DNA of 64,000 nucleotides from Candidatus Undinarchaeales archaeon (GTDB lineage Archaea; SpSt-1190; JASMDC01): NCBI GenBank assembly GCA_030753015.1, contig JASMDC010000001.1, positions 96,001 to 160,000 of the forward strand, read 5' to 3'. Shown piece by piece: positions 18,456 to 26,817 of this stretch (position 1 is its first letter; each line of letters starts with the position of its first letter). The notes under the pieces were generated by a model. It saw only the letters and a program-made list of their open reading frames with translations, ran no database searches and was not told where the DNA came from. The position numbers and the translations under genes were made by a program.

Positions 18456-19196
18456 ATGGAGCTCTCCCTTCCTTTGATCGGGGCCGCCGTCTGGATCGCT
18501 GTGGCTCTCTTGGTCATTCGTTCCCGCATCGACGATAAGCACCTCAGGACCGGTTACATATGTCTGTTGGTGTTCGTGACGACGCTCGCTTACACCCAGG
18601 TGGCACCACCTCCGATACCCATACAGACCGTTCTGGTGGCACTAGCAGTGTTCATGCTGGTGGTCTCGGAGGCGACACTTGCCGAGCTCCTGGCAGGGAT
18701 CATGCTCCACCCAATCATGGCCATGACCGCAGGCTTCATGGCCGCAGGCGCGCTGGGATTCGCAGGGGGATATGATGCGATGGTCGAGATATTCGAGAGG
18801 CTCGCGATGACGACCCCTCTTGGACTTGTCGGGACGGCCGTGCTTGTGGCGAATATCCCTGCGCTCATTCCGTTGCCGTGTGGCCGGATCACCGCGGCGG
18901 CCTTCCTGCCGGGCGTTGTGAGGTTCGGTAACGAGGTGCTCGCGCCAGGTATCGCTGCCACAGGAGCTGCTGACCACGCTCCGTTCGCGACCCATGTGCT
19001 CGTGGCCGCGTTCATCGTCAACGCCGCAGCATCCTGTGCCCCCTCGCGCCTGGGTGGGATCGCTACCGTCGGCGAGGGTGAACTGGGGCTCGAACCTGGT
19101 ACCAGTGCTAGGGCCCAGCAGGCGGGCATCCTGGTTATGACCGCCGTGACTGCCCTCATAATGCTTCTCATATCCAATGGAACCCTTTCGGGGTGA
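18456..19196 (+). CDS. Polytopic membrane protein B, paralogue of A (operon gene 4)
   Basis: LHPIMAMTAGF, IPLPCGRI, IVNAAASCAPS; SD GGAGG upstream. Confidence 0.85.
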   Translation: MELSLPLIGAAVWIAVALLVIRSRIDDKHLRTGYICLLVFVTTLAYTQVAPPPIPIQTVLVALAVFMLVVSEATLAELLAGIMLHPIMAMTAGFMAAGALGFAGGYDAMVEIFERLAMTTPLGLVGTAVLVANIPALIPLPCGRITAAAFLPGVVRFGNEVLAPGIAATGAADHAPFATHVLVAAFIVNAAASCAPSRLGGIATVGEGELGLEPGTSARAQQAGILVMTAVTALIMLLISNGTLSG

Positions 19197-19202
19197 TACG
19201 CT

Positions 19203-19346
19203 ATGAACACGAGACTCTTGCTGACGATGGTCGGGATTGGCGCCCTCTGCGGCGCAACGTTCAACCATGCCCTGGGCTATGCGATCTACAAGCCCGGAGG
19301 CATCATGGGCGGCCTTGTGACCGGGCTGCTGATGTTCCTACTCTAG
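19203..19346 (+). CDS. 47-aa two-helix membrane peptide (operon gene 5; not in ORF track)
   Basis: MNTRLLLTMVGIGALCGATFNHALGYAIYKPGGIMGGLVTGLLMFLL*; GGGTGA SD; fills the gap between operon genes. Confidence 0.75.
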   Translation: MNTRLLLTMVGIGALCGATFNHALGYAIYKPGGIMGGLVTGLLMFLL

Positions 19347-19358
19347 GTGCTTCACGTC

Positions 19359-19799
19359 ATGGAACCTGTCATCATCACGGTGCTGCTGGCGGCGAGCGTG
19401 GGAGTGGCAGGTCTAATTAGAGGTCGAGCCCGACGGACCGTCGCCATGCCCGTTGACGAGGTCAGGCGTAACGTCATGGCCTCGCTGGCTCTCGCAGTCC
19501 TCCTCGGCAGCAACGCTGTGAAGGCATTGCGCACACGTCACCTGTGGACCCTCACCTGCTACGAGTGCCAGGCATGCCAGCCTGTGTGCCCTCGCGGGCT
19601 CGATCCTGCACGGTTCGTGGTCGCAGCGCGCACGAACAATCCGGACCTTCCTAGTCAAGTGGACGGTACGCATGACGTACCCGTGCGCGAAGCGGCCCGT
19701 TTGTGCGTCAGGTGTGGGCTCTGTGAGCAGGCGTGCCCCCTCCGGCTCCCCATCATGAGTGCGATCGATGATCTGAAGAACGATGGGAGGTTTGTGTGA
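19359..19799 (+). CDS. Second membrane-anchored 2x[4Fe-4S] HdrC-like protein (operon gene 6)
   Basis: Two hydrophobic helices, then CYECQACQPVCP and CVRCGLCEQACP. Confidence 0.85.
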   Translation: MEPVIITVLLAASVGVAGLIRGRARRTVAMPVDEVRRNVMASLALAVLLGSNAVKALRTRHLWTLTCYECQACQPVCPRGLDPARFVVAARTNNPDLPSQVDGTHDVPVREAARLCVRCGLCEQACPLRLPIMSAIDDLKNDGRFV

Positions 19800-19800
19800 G

Positions 19801-20430
19801 ATGGTCGAGCGGCGCGACTTCCTGCGGAACGCTCTCGGGTACGGAGCAGCGCTGGTGGCAGCGCTCTCCCTCGCGCCACCCACGGGCAATGGTGCAGTGG
19901 TCCGTCCGCCCGGTGCCGTGGACCCGCGCCAGTTCAAACTCCTCTGTCTTAGGTGCGACCAGTGCGCTCAGGTCTGTCCGACCGAGGCCATCGAGATAAT
20001 ATCCACCGGTCCGATAGAAGAGATCGGTCTGCCACGCGTTACGGGCCAACCGGGTCCGTGCACCTTCTGCTATGAGTGCAATAAGATCTGTCCGACCCAG
20101 GTGCTCGACCTCGGGACCGTGACCGATCTCCAGCAGAGCGGTAGGCAACCGAAGCTAGGCACCGCATCCCTCGCCCATCCCGAGCGGTGTATCAGATGCG
20201 ACCGATGTGACGAGGCCTGCCCCTACATAGTCGTCGAGAACGACCTTACCGGGGAGGGAGAGCAGGTAATGCGCTACCGAAAGCTTCTGGAGCCCATCTC
20301 TGAGGGGGCGTTGCAGCGTGAGATGGCCCGCCTCGAGGATTACTGCAGGGGATGCGGCCATTGCGTGAACGCCTGTCCGACGGACGTGCTCGTTCTCAAG
20401 CCGAGTGCTCGTAAGGTGGTGCGCTCATGA
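19801..20430 (+). CDS. NapG/MauM-like 4x[4Fe-4S] protein with a twin-arginine signal (operon gene 7)
   Basis: MVERRDFLRN; VVRPPGA; four CxxCxxCxxxCP motifs; GGAGG SD. Confidence 0.88.
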   Translation: MVERRDFLRNALGYGAALVAALSLAPPTGNGAVVRPPGAVDPRQFKLLCLRCDQCAQVCPTEAIEIISTGPIEEIGLPRVTGQPGPCTFCYECNKICPTQVLDLGTVTDLQQSGRQPKLGTASLAHPERCIRCDRCDEACPYIVVENDLTGEGEQVMRYRKLLEPISEGALQREMARLEDYCRGCGHCVNACPTDVLVLKPSARKVVRS

Positions 20431-21215
20431 GCGTCCAGACATACCGCCGGCCGGTCCAGGCGATATTCCTTATCATATCCATCATCCTTCTCGGCGGGAT
20501 CGCACGGTACTGTCCGTTCATCGGTGTTCAGCAGATTGCTGGCGCTATCGGTTCCGGTCTAATCGACGAGGCCTTTGATGCGGGAACAATCCGCGGCTTC
20601 TCTCGCCTCACTATAGTCGTGGGTGGATTCACGCTCTTCGTCATCGTGTTCGGGCGTGTGTGGTGTGGATGGATTTGCCCGTTCGGAACCATCCTGAGCG
20701 CGGCGAACGCGCTCAAGCTCCCTGTCCAGGAGCGCAGTCCTCCACGCATCCTCCAAGGGTATTCCTTCAAGTACGAGCTCTTAGCAGTCTTTATCGGCGC
20801 GACCATGATCTTCGGATACCCCGTGTTCTGCCAAGTGTGCCCGGTCGGCGCCCTCTACAGGACAGCGGGCTTCCAGACGTTCGACCTTGCCGTAATCCCC
20901 GGTTTGACCGTCGTCTTCATATCCGTGCTCTTCGTGTTAATCTATCATCGTCGGTTCTGGTGCAAGTCAATCTGTCCGCTCGGTGCGCTGACGGCTATCT
21001 TGGACAAGGTAAGCGCGTTCCGAGTCCTAGTGGACGAGGATACGTGCATCGAGTGCATGGTTTGCCAGCGCGAGTGCCCCATGGACATCCTCGTCATTGA
21101 GGATTCTATCCGCCGTGGCCATCGAACAGTGCCCACGGGGGAGTGCTTTCGCTGCGGACGGTGCATCGACGTGTGCCCCAAGGATGCCCTCTCCTTCAGC
21201 TTCAAGTACGGGTGA
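20427..21215 (+). CDS. NapH/MauN-like membrane ferredoxin (operon gene 8)
   Basis: GRVWCGWICPFG, FCQVCPVG, RFWCKSICPLGA, CIECMVCQRECP, CFRCGRCIDVCP; ATGA overlap. Confidence 0.9.
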   Translation: MSVQTYRRPVQAIFLIISIILLGGIARYCPFIGVQQIAGAIGSGLIDEAFDAGTIRGFSRLTIVVGGFTLFVIVFGRVWCGWICPFGTILSAANALKLPVQERSPPRILQGYSFKYELLAVFIGATMIFGYPVFCQVCPVGALYRTAGFQTFDLAVIPGLTVVFISVLFVLIYHRRFWCKSICPLGALTAILDKVSAFRVLVDEDTCIECMVCQRECPMDILVIEDSIRRGHRTVPTGECFRCGRCIDVCPKDALSFSFKYG

Positions 21216-21219
21216 TATC

Positions 21220-21672
21220 ATGGTCCACATGCGTGAGCATTTCATACTGGTGATCCTGGTGATCGGGATCGTTGCCCTTGTAGTCATGGGCTCCACTCGG
21301 CTCACTCCGTCCTCTACCACATCGGTGAACGCCCGTCTTCTCAACCGGCCCAATCCTGCTGGAGAGGGGATCTATCGCACAACGCTCGAGCTCTCCTGGG
21401 AAGGAAGCCCGGTCGCCAGGCGATGTGCGATACTTGTGCTGGCGTTCGATCGGAACGACCGGGATGACGCGTGGCATGTGTCGGTCCTGAAGGACATCGA
21501 AGCCTCTCCCTATGGGCAGAACCTGTGGGCGGACATCCCTCCTGACAAACCCGAAGGGAAAGCGGTCCTCACCGCCGACCTCCTGTTCGAGAGCATAGGG
21601 GCGGGAGAGGTAGTGGAGGCGCTCCTCCTGTGCGATGGTGAGGTCGTCGCACGGGACGAGGTTCTTATCTAA
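21220..21672 (+). CDS. Single-anchor protein with a beta-rich external domain (operon gene 9)
   Basis: GGTGA SD before ATG 21220; N-terminal TM FILVILVIGIVALVVM; beta-strand pattern. Confidence 0.7.
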   Translation: MVHMREHFILVILVIGIVALVVMGSTRLTPSSTTSVNARLLNRPNPAGEGIYRTTLELSWEGSPVARRCAILVLAFDRNDRDDAWHVSVLKDIEASPYGQNLWADIPPDKPEGKAVLTADLLFESIGAGEVVEALLLCDGEVVARDEVLI

Positions 21673-23981
21673 GCCTTGTTCCGTCGGACAACGAAGCCCT
21701 CTATCACGAGGACGTCCACTCCACGCCGGACCAGAACCGAGAGCGCATCCCTAGGTGTGCACACGATCGGTTCACCATGGATGTTGAAGGATGTGTTGAG
21801 CACGACGGGAACTCCCGTGTGGGACTCAAGCTCGGTAAGCACCCTGTGGTAGGCAGGCTGGAGCTCCCGCCGCACCGTCTGAGGTCGGGTCGTGCCATCG
21901 ACATGGACGACGGCCGGGATCTCACCACGCTTCTCCGCGGGCACATCGTAGGCCTCGATCATGAACGGGGCCTCCCGCCCTTCCACAAGGTACTCTTCCG
22001 CCCGCTCCAAGGGGAGGCTCGGACAAAACGGTTGGTACCACTCCCTGCCCTTGAGGAGGAGGTTGATTCGGTCCTTGGTTGAAGTGTTGGAGGGATCGGC
22101 GAGCACCGAGCGGTTGCCTAGGGCGCGAGGGCCGAACTCCATGCGTCCCTCGAACCAGCCGACGATAGCACCTCCTGCAGCAAGGTCCGCGGCAGTACCC
22201 GCCATATCGTCAGTGGCATCCCACGTGATCCCCCGTGTCCCTCGGAGGGCGGTCAGCACGTCGTCCTCGGTATAGGAGGGGCCGAGGGACACGCTCTCGA
22301 AGCGATGGGACGTAGGTCTGCGTCCCTCCTCGCGACATCGGTGATGCCATACATACAGCGCAGCACCCACACACGTTCCTGCATCGCTGGCAGCAGGCTG
22401 GATGAACAGGTCCTCGACACAGTCCAGCCGACGTATGTTCATGTTGGCCAGCACATTGAGGAAAACCCCTCCCGCTGTGGCGACCTTTGCCTGCCCCGTG
22501 AGCTCGACCGCTTGGGTCGCCAGCGACGTGAGCACCTTCTCCAGTCTACGCTGGAGTGCCTTGGACACGGCGGGCCGCGTTGTGTTCTCAAGGAGCCCTC
22601 TTCGGACCGCGGCGTACACGGGGGCGTCAATGAATGTGCCTTTGTGCTTCCCAAGAGGGGGTTTCTCCACCGCACGCGCGTCGTACCAGGTCCGGAACGC
22701 CTCGATGGCCCTTTCCGCGAATCCTTCCACATCGGGTGCGTCGGCCGGGTTACCCCCTGTCCACAGAGTGCGGCAGAGGGGGGAGAACTCCACGAGCTCC
22801 CGTACATCACGCTCATCCATATCGAGCATCTCCGCGATGCTCGTCGTCGTCCGTGTCCCATCGCATAGGGAGTATACGGCGTGGTCGCGCTCGATGAGCC
22901 TGAGCGACAGGCCCCCGCTCATGGAAGCAGAGTATACTCCTTGGCGCTCGTGCAGCTCGACATTGGGTAGGAGGCAGGCCCAAATATCCTCGTCCTGTAT
23001 CCCAATGAGGGGTGCGGCCAGCTGGACGACCTCATCCACGTGTGCCGAGGGGGAGCGGCGGAGAACATACCATAGTGCTCGGAACTCCTCGTCCTCAAGC
23101 GGTTCTACCGACAAGGGATTGCCGGAGTGGGGCCGTAACCGGTACCCTTCCGTCGTCCGCTCCGGCCGCCACTTGGGTGAGGGTCGGACCACTTCCGATC
23201 CATGGAGGGTGTTACGCAGGTCCCTGGAAGGGACGGGTTTAATATCAAGGAGCCCGAGGAGGGCCTCCGCCGTTGGTTGCAGCTCAGCCTCCTTTGGAAG
23301 GGGCATGAGGGCCTCATACAGTTGTTCGATCCCATCGGGGACTTCTCCCGGGAACGAGCTCATGGCGGTGACCTTGCCCTCATCGTACCATATGGATAGC
23401 CCGAGGAGGAGCGTTGTCAATCCGTATACGAGCCCGACGGAAGAGCGCAGGGGGGAGGATGCGACGAGCTCTAAGGAACCGTCAGCCCATCGGCCAACGG
23501 CGGCCGAGCGGTCATCCCCGTACCCGTCCACCGCCAAGGCAGTGCATCCATCGAATCCCGAGCACAGAGCCGCCGAGGCCAAGTGGGCCGTCTCGTGGTC
23601 GACGGCGGCCACCTCTACAGGCGTGGAGCGCTCGCCCGCAAAGAATGTACGGATCCGGTCCACTTCCTCCTGATTGCGAAGACGAACGTTCGTGGAGAAC
23701 AATGACGCGAGCTGGGCCCGGGACCTACGGTGTGGCGGTTCGATGGGGCGTGCCCCCTCGCCTCCGTATGCGACAAGGTCGATATCATCAGGAGTGAGCC
23801 TTGCCAAGCGTAATACCTCGAAGATGGAGTCCCGGGGGAAGTGGCCGGTGTGCTTGTCCCTATTGAGCCGCTCCTCCTCCACCGCGGCCACCACCTGACC
23901 GTCGCGGACGATGCATGCCGATCGGTCATGGGCCTTGAAGGACACCCCGAGGATGTTCACGCTGCTGGCCGTGTGCGTCAA
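21669..23981 (-). CDS. Carbamoyltransferase (NodU/CmcH/TobZ family) with an approximately 200-aa internal insertion
   Basis: HDRSAC, EEERLNRDKH, HETAHLASA, VDGYGD, EGKVTA, AGGVFLNVLAN, QPAASDAG, GRMEFGPRALGNRS, VHVDGTTRPQTV, LNTSFNIHGEPIV. Confidence 0.93.
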   Translation of the reverse strand: MTHTASSVNILGVSFKAHDRSACIVRDGQVVAAVEEERLNRDKHTGHFPRDSIFEVLRLARLTPDDIDLVAYGGEGARPIEPPHRRSRAQLASLFSTNVRLRNQEEVDRIRTFFAGERSTPVEVAAVDHETAHLASAALCSGFDGCTALAVDGYGDDRSAAVGRWADGSLELVASSPLRSSVGLVYGLTTLLLGLSIWYDEGKVTAMSSFPGEVPDGIEQLYEALMPLPKEAELQPTAEALLGLLDIKPVPSRDLRNTLHGSEVVRPSPKWRPERTTEGYRLRPHSGNPLSVEPLEDEEFRALWYVLRRSPSAHVDEVVQLAAPLIGIQDEDIWACLLPNVELHERQGVYSASMSGGLSLRLIERDHAVYSLCDGTRTTTSIAEMLDMDERDVRELVEFSPLCRTLWTGGNPADAPDVEGFAERAIEAFRTWYDARAVEKPPLGKHKGTFIDAPVYAAVRRGLLENTTRPAVSKALQRRLEKVLTSLATQAVELTGQAKVATAGGVFLNVLANMNIRRLDCVEDLFIQPAASDAGTCVGAALYVWHHRCREEGRRPTSHRFESVSLGPSYTEDDVLTALRGTRGITWDATDDMAGTAADLAAGGAIVGWFEGRMEFGPRALGNRSVLADPSNTSTKDRINLLLKGREWYQPFCPSLPLERAEEYLVEGREAPFMIEAYDVPAEKRGEIPAVVHVDGTTRPQTVRRELQPAYHRVLTELESHTGVPVVLNTSFNIHGEPIVCTPRDALSVLVRRGVDVLVIEGFVVRRNKA

Positions 23982-24020
23982 GGTTTAAAGGGATTGGGGT
24001 GAGGTGTCCGAAGAGGGCTT

Positions 24021-24767
24021 TTACCTCACGGAGCGGAATATCCGGTCGAGGTTCCCTGCGAGCACTAGACGGCGAGCTCGACCACGAGGGACAGCGGCCA
24101 GCACCTTGGCAAGCTCCACCCGAGCGTCAAGGTAGGGATGGTCCGAGCCGTAGAGCACCCTCCGCGGTGATGCTCGCACAGCTTCTGCGATCACCCTGAC
24201 GCTCGCGTTCGACGTATCAGCGTACACATTTCGCTTCTTGAGCAGGGGCAGGCAACCCCGCGAGAGATGGCAGAGGATGAGTGGTGTTGGACCGCCAGCG
24301 AGCTTGTTCAAGTACTTGGGCGATGCGAATCCGGCTCCCGTATGGAATACCAGCGCCAAGCCGAGGTCCCGGGCACGCTCGAAGACGTCCGCAAGCTCCG
24401 GGTGGTCGGGACGGAAGCACTCGACGACCGGGTGTAGCTTGATACCCACTAGCCCGAGCCGTCCTACCTCCTCCACATGCGCAACGGCGTCTGGGTGGCG
24501 CGGATCCACCCTGCCGAACGGGATGAGGTCATCGCGTTCACGGGCGGTACGCGCGAGCTCGCGGTTACGCTCGGGGTAGGAGTGTGTGGACGGATTTGGG
24601 AACACGAGGGCCCGCTGCGTTCCTAAGGCGGAAAGAGTGGCGTCCATGTCGGTAAGGGAACTGGAAGGATCGAGCTCGGGCACCCATGGGTCCGAAGGAC
24701 CAATATGGACATGCGCATCGCACAGTCTGCCTGCAAGGGGGGCCAGAGCGGCGGCGAGCTCGTCCAT
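24021..24767 (-). CDS. Amidohydrolase-superfamily (Amidohydro_2) metallohydrolase
   Basis: DAHVH, GIKLHP, FHTG, ILCH, YADTS, YGSDHP. Confidence 0.88.
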   Translation of the reverse strand: MDELAAALAPLAGRLCDAHVHIGPSDPWVPELDPSSSLTDMDATLSALGTQRALVFPNPSTHSYPERNRELARTARERDDLIPFGRVDPRHPDAVAHVEEVGRLGLVGIKLHPVVECFRPDHPELADVFERARDLGLALVFHTGAGFASPKYLNKLAGGPTPLILCHLSRGCLPLLKKRNVYADTSNASVRVIAEAVRASPRRVLYGSDHPYLDARVELAKVLAAVPRGRARRLVLAGNLDRIFRSVR

Positions 24768-24768
24768 G

Positions 24769-25410
24769 CTACTCTTCGTCCACGAACCTGGCGATATCCG
24801 TCTGGACCGACTTGGCGTCGTAGCGCTCCTTGAAGATTCGCCAGATTTCCTCGTGCACGACCATCTCGTCACGATCGCCGTCCACGATGACCATGTGATG
24901 GCGGCGCGCAAGCTCATGGTACTTCTTCCGAACTCCCGTGAGGAACTCCACGTTCTCGAACTTCTCGCCTTCGTAGTGGAGGACCTGTTCCTTCCGCTTC
25001 ATGGTCACCTCGGGAGATACGTCGATGAGGATGGTGAGGTCGGGCATGAGCGCGAACTCGTGCATGCTGCGGATGAGCGTCTCGTCCACACCCTTCATGG
25101 TCTGGTAGGCGATGGACGAGAACAGATAGCGCTCGCACAGAACAACCTTGTTCTCATTCAGAGCGGGGAGAATGAGCTTGTCCACGTGCTCGGCACGGTC
25201 CGCCGCGAAGAGGAAGCAGTCGGTAAGGGGGTGGATGTCCCCCATCTTGAGGACGATCTTGAGGAAATATCCCGTAAGTGTTTGAGTGGGCTCGCGGGTC
25301 GCGAGTATCTCGAAACCCTCCTTACGCATGCGTCGTTCCATGAGCCAGAGCTGAGTACCCTTTCCGGATCCGTCGATACCCTCGAGCACGCAGAAGAACG
25401 GCTTGCCCAT
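24769..25410 (-). CDS. tmk: dTMP kinase
   Basis: LEGIDGSGKGTQ, TREPT, LFAADRAEH, CERYLFSSIAYQ, PDLTILID. Confidence 0.95.
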   Translation of the reverse strand: MGKPFFCVLEGIDGSGKGTQLWLMERRMRKEGFEILATREPTQTLTGYFLKIVLKMGDIHPLTDCFLFAADRAEHVDKLILPALNENKVVLCERYLFSSIAYQTMKGVDETLIRSMHEFALMPDLTILIDVSPEVTMKRKEQVLHYEGEKFENVEFLTGVRKKYHELARRHHMVIVDGDRDEMVVHEEIWRIFKERYDAKSVQTDIARFVDEE

Positions 25411-25509
25411 GGCGGGGGAGGGATGGGCAAAGAAATAAAAATCCGCCGTCAGGGTTCGTTGAGGTCGTCTGCGAACGATTTAAAAATCTTGGGCCGGTAG
25501 CCGAACACG

Positions 25510-26817
25510 ATGGAGGCTCTTTACGTTCAGCAGTTTGCCGATACCCGCAAGCATCTCGAGACCAGTACCCGCATCATCCCCACGATGGTCGTCGGGTGCG
25601 AGTCCACGAGGGACGTGTGGATCAACTTCTCAAGCCTTGACGAGATCAAGCGGTTCTCGAACAGGTACGAGGGCAAGCTCAAACCGTACCTCGACCTCGC
25701 CCATATGTGGATCTCCAAGGGCAAGGGGGACGAGCGCGTCATCGATGGCAACTCACAGGAGGCAGACGAGCTTATCCGGGAGCTGCGCGACAGGGGAGTG
25801 AAAATCAAGAACTCGCTGGGCGGGAACGGCGCCCTGGAGTCCTCGGCCCTCAAGGCACTTGGGGCCAACGTAGTCTTCGTCGGGAACATATTCCCCAAGG
25901 TGCTCAAGCGGCTCCCCAATCGTTCCAAGAAATACTTCGAGTTCGTCGACTTCGATTTCGCCATCACTCTTGACGAGCTCGATCCCAAGTCGCTCATTAT
26001 CCAGGCCGGCGGAACTGACCGCTTTATCCTCTGCGACGGAGAGGGCCGACGCTGGGAACACCTTCGGGACTACGTTGACAGCATCCCTAATATCGTCGAG
26101 GAGGTCAGCGAGACATACGGCATCATCGACTCGGTCAATCTCGTGGGCTGGCATGTCGTGTTCGCTACCGACAAGAACGGCCTTGACAAGGTATCCGACC
26201 TCGTTGACAAGGTGCGTGGGAACACGCGGTTCCTCTTCACCGATACTGGAGCGCTCACCAAGACCTCCAACATGGACCGGAAGTTCCTATTCGAAAAGGT
26301 CTACGACAAGTTCGACGTACTCTCGGTGAACGAGATCGAGCTCGAGCAGCTCCACGAGGCCCTCTTCCCTCGGAAGGGCGACCAAGTGACCCAGATGGCA
26401 GATATACTCGGCGCTGCCAAGAACCTCAAGGCCATCTGGCTCCACACGAGGACACACCACGTCTGTGTTAAAAAGAAGGACTTCCTCACCCTGGATACCA
26501 TCATCAAGGCGCAGAACTTCGCTGCGATAGCCGGTGTGCTCAGGGTGGAGACCGGTCGGTATCCCCGAATGGACGAGATGATCGATCGGTTCAACACCCT
26601 CAATTTCTCCGAGGAGGGTATCTCTGCCGCTGAGAAGATAGTAGAACAGTACGGGGCGGAGTCGAAGGACGGTACTTTCACCGTCGGGGGAATGGAAGGA
26701 AGCATCGTGCCCGGCCTGGAATGCCTGGACTTCGAGTCCGAAGTGGGTGCCGGCGACGCTTCGTCCTCTGCGTTCACTTACATGCTCTCGGTGCTGGGAC
26801 GGAAAAGTGGAGTTTGA
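25510..26817 (+). CDS. ADP-dependent glucokinase/phosphofructokinase family protein
   Basis: LGGNGA, DRFIL, LSVNEIEL, IWLHT and C-terminal VGAGD anion-hole motif; substrate not determinable by eye. Confidence 0.82.
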   Translation: MEALYVQQFADTRKHLETSTRIIPTMVVGCESTRDVWINFSSLDEIKRFSNRYEGKLKPYLDLAHMWISKGKGDERVIDGNSQEADELIRELRDRGVKIKNSLGGNGALESSALKALGANVVFVGNIFPKVLKRLPNRSKKYFEFVDFDFAITLDELDPKSLIIQAGGTDRFILCDGEGRRWEHLRDYVDSIPNIVEEVSETYGIIDSVNLVGWHVVFATDKNGLDKVSDLVDKVRGNTRFLFTDTGALTKTSNMDRKFLFEKVYDKFDVLSVNEIELEQLHEALFPRKGDQVTQMADILGAAKNLKAIWLHTRTHHVCVKKKDFLTLDTIIKAQNFAAIAGVLRVETGRYPRMDEMIDRFNTLNFSEEGISAAEKIVEQYGAESKDGTFTVGGMEGSIVPGLECLDFESEVGAGDASSSAFTYMLSVLGRKSGV

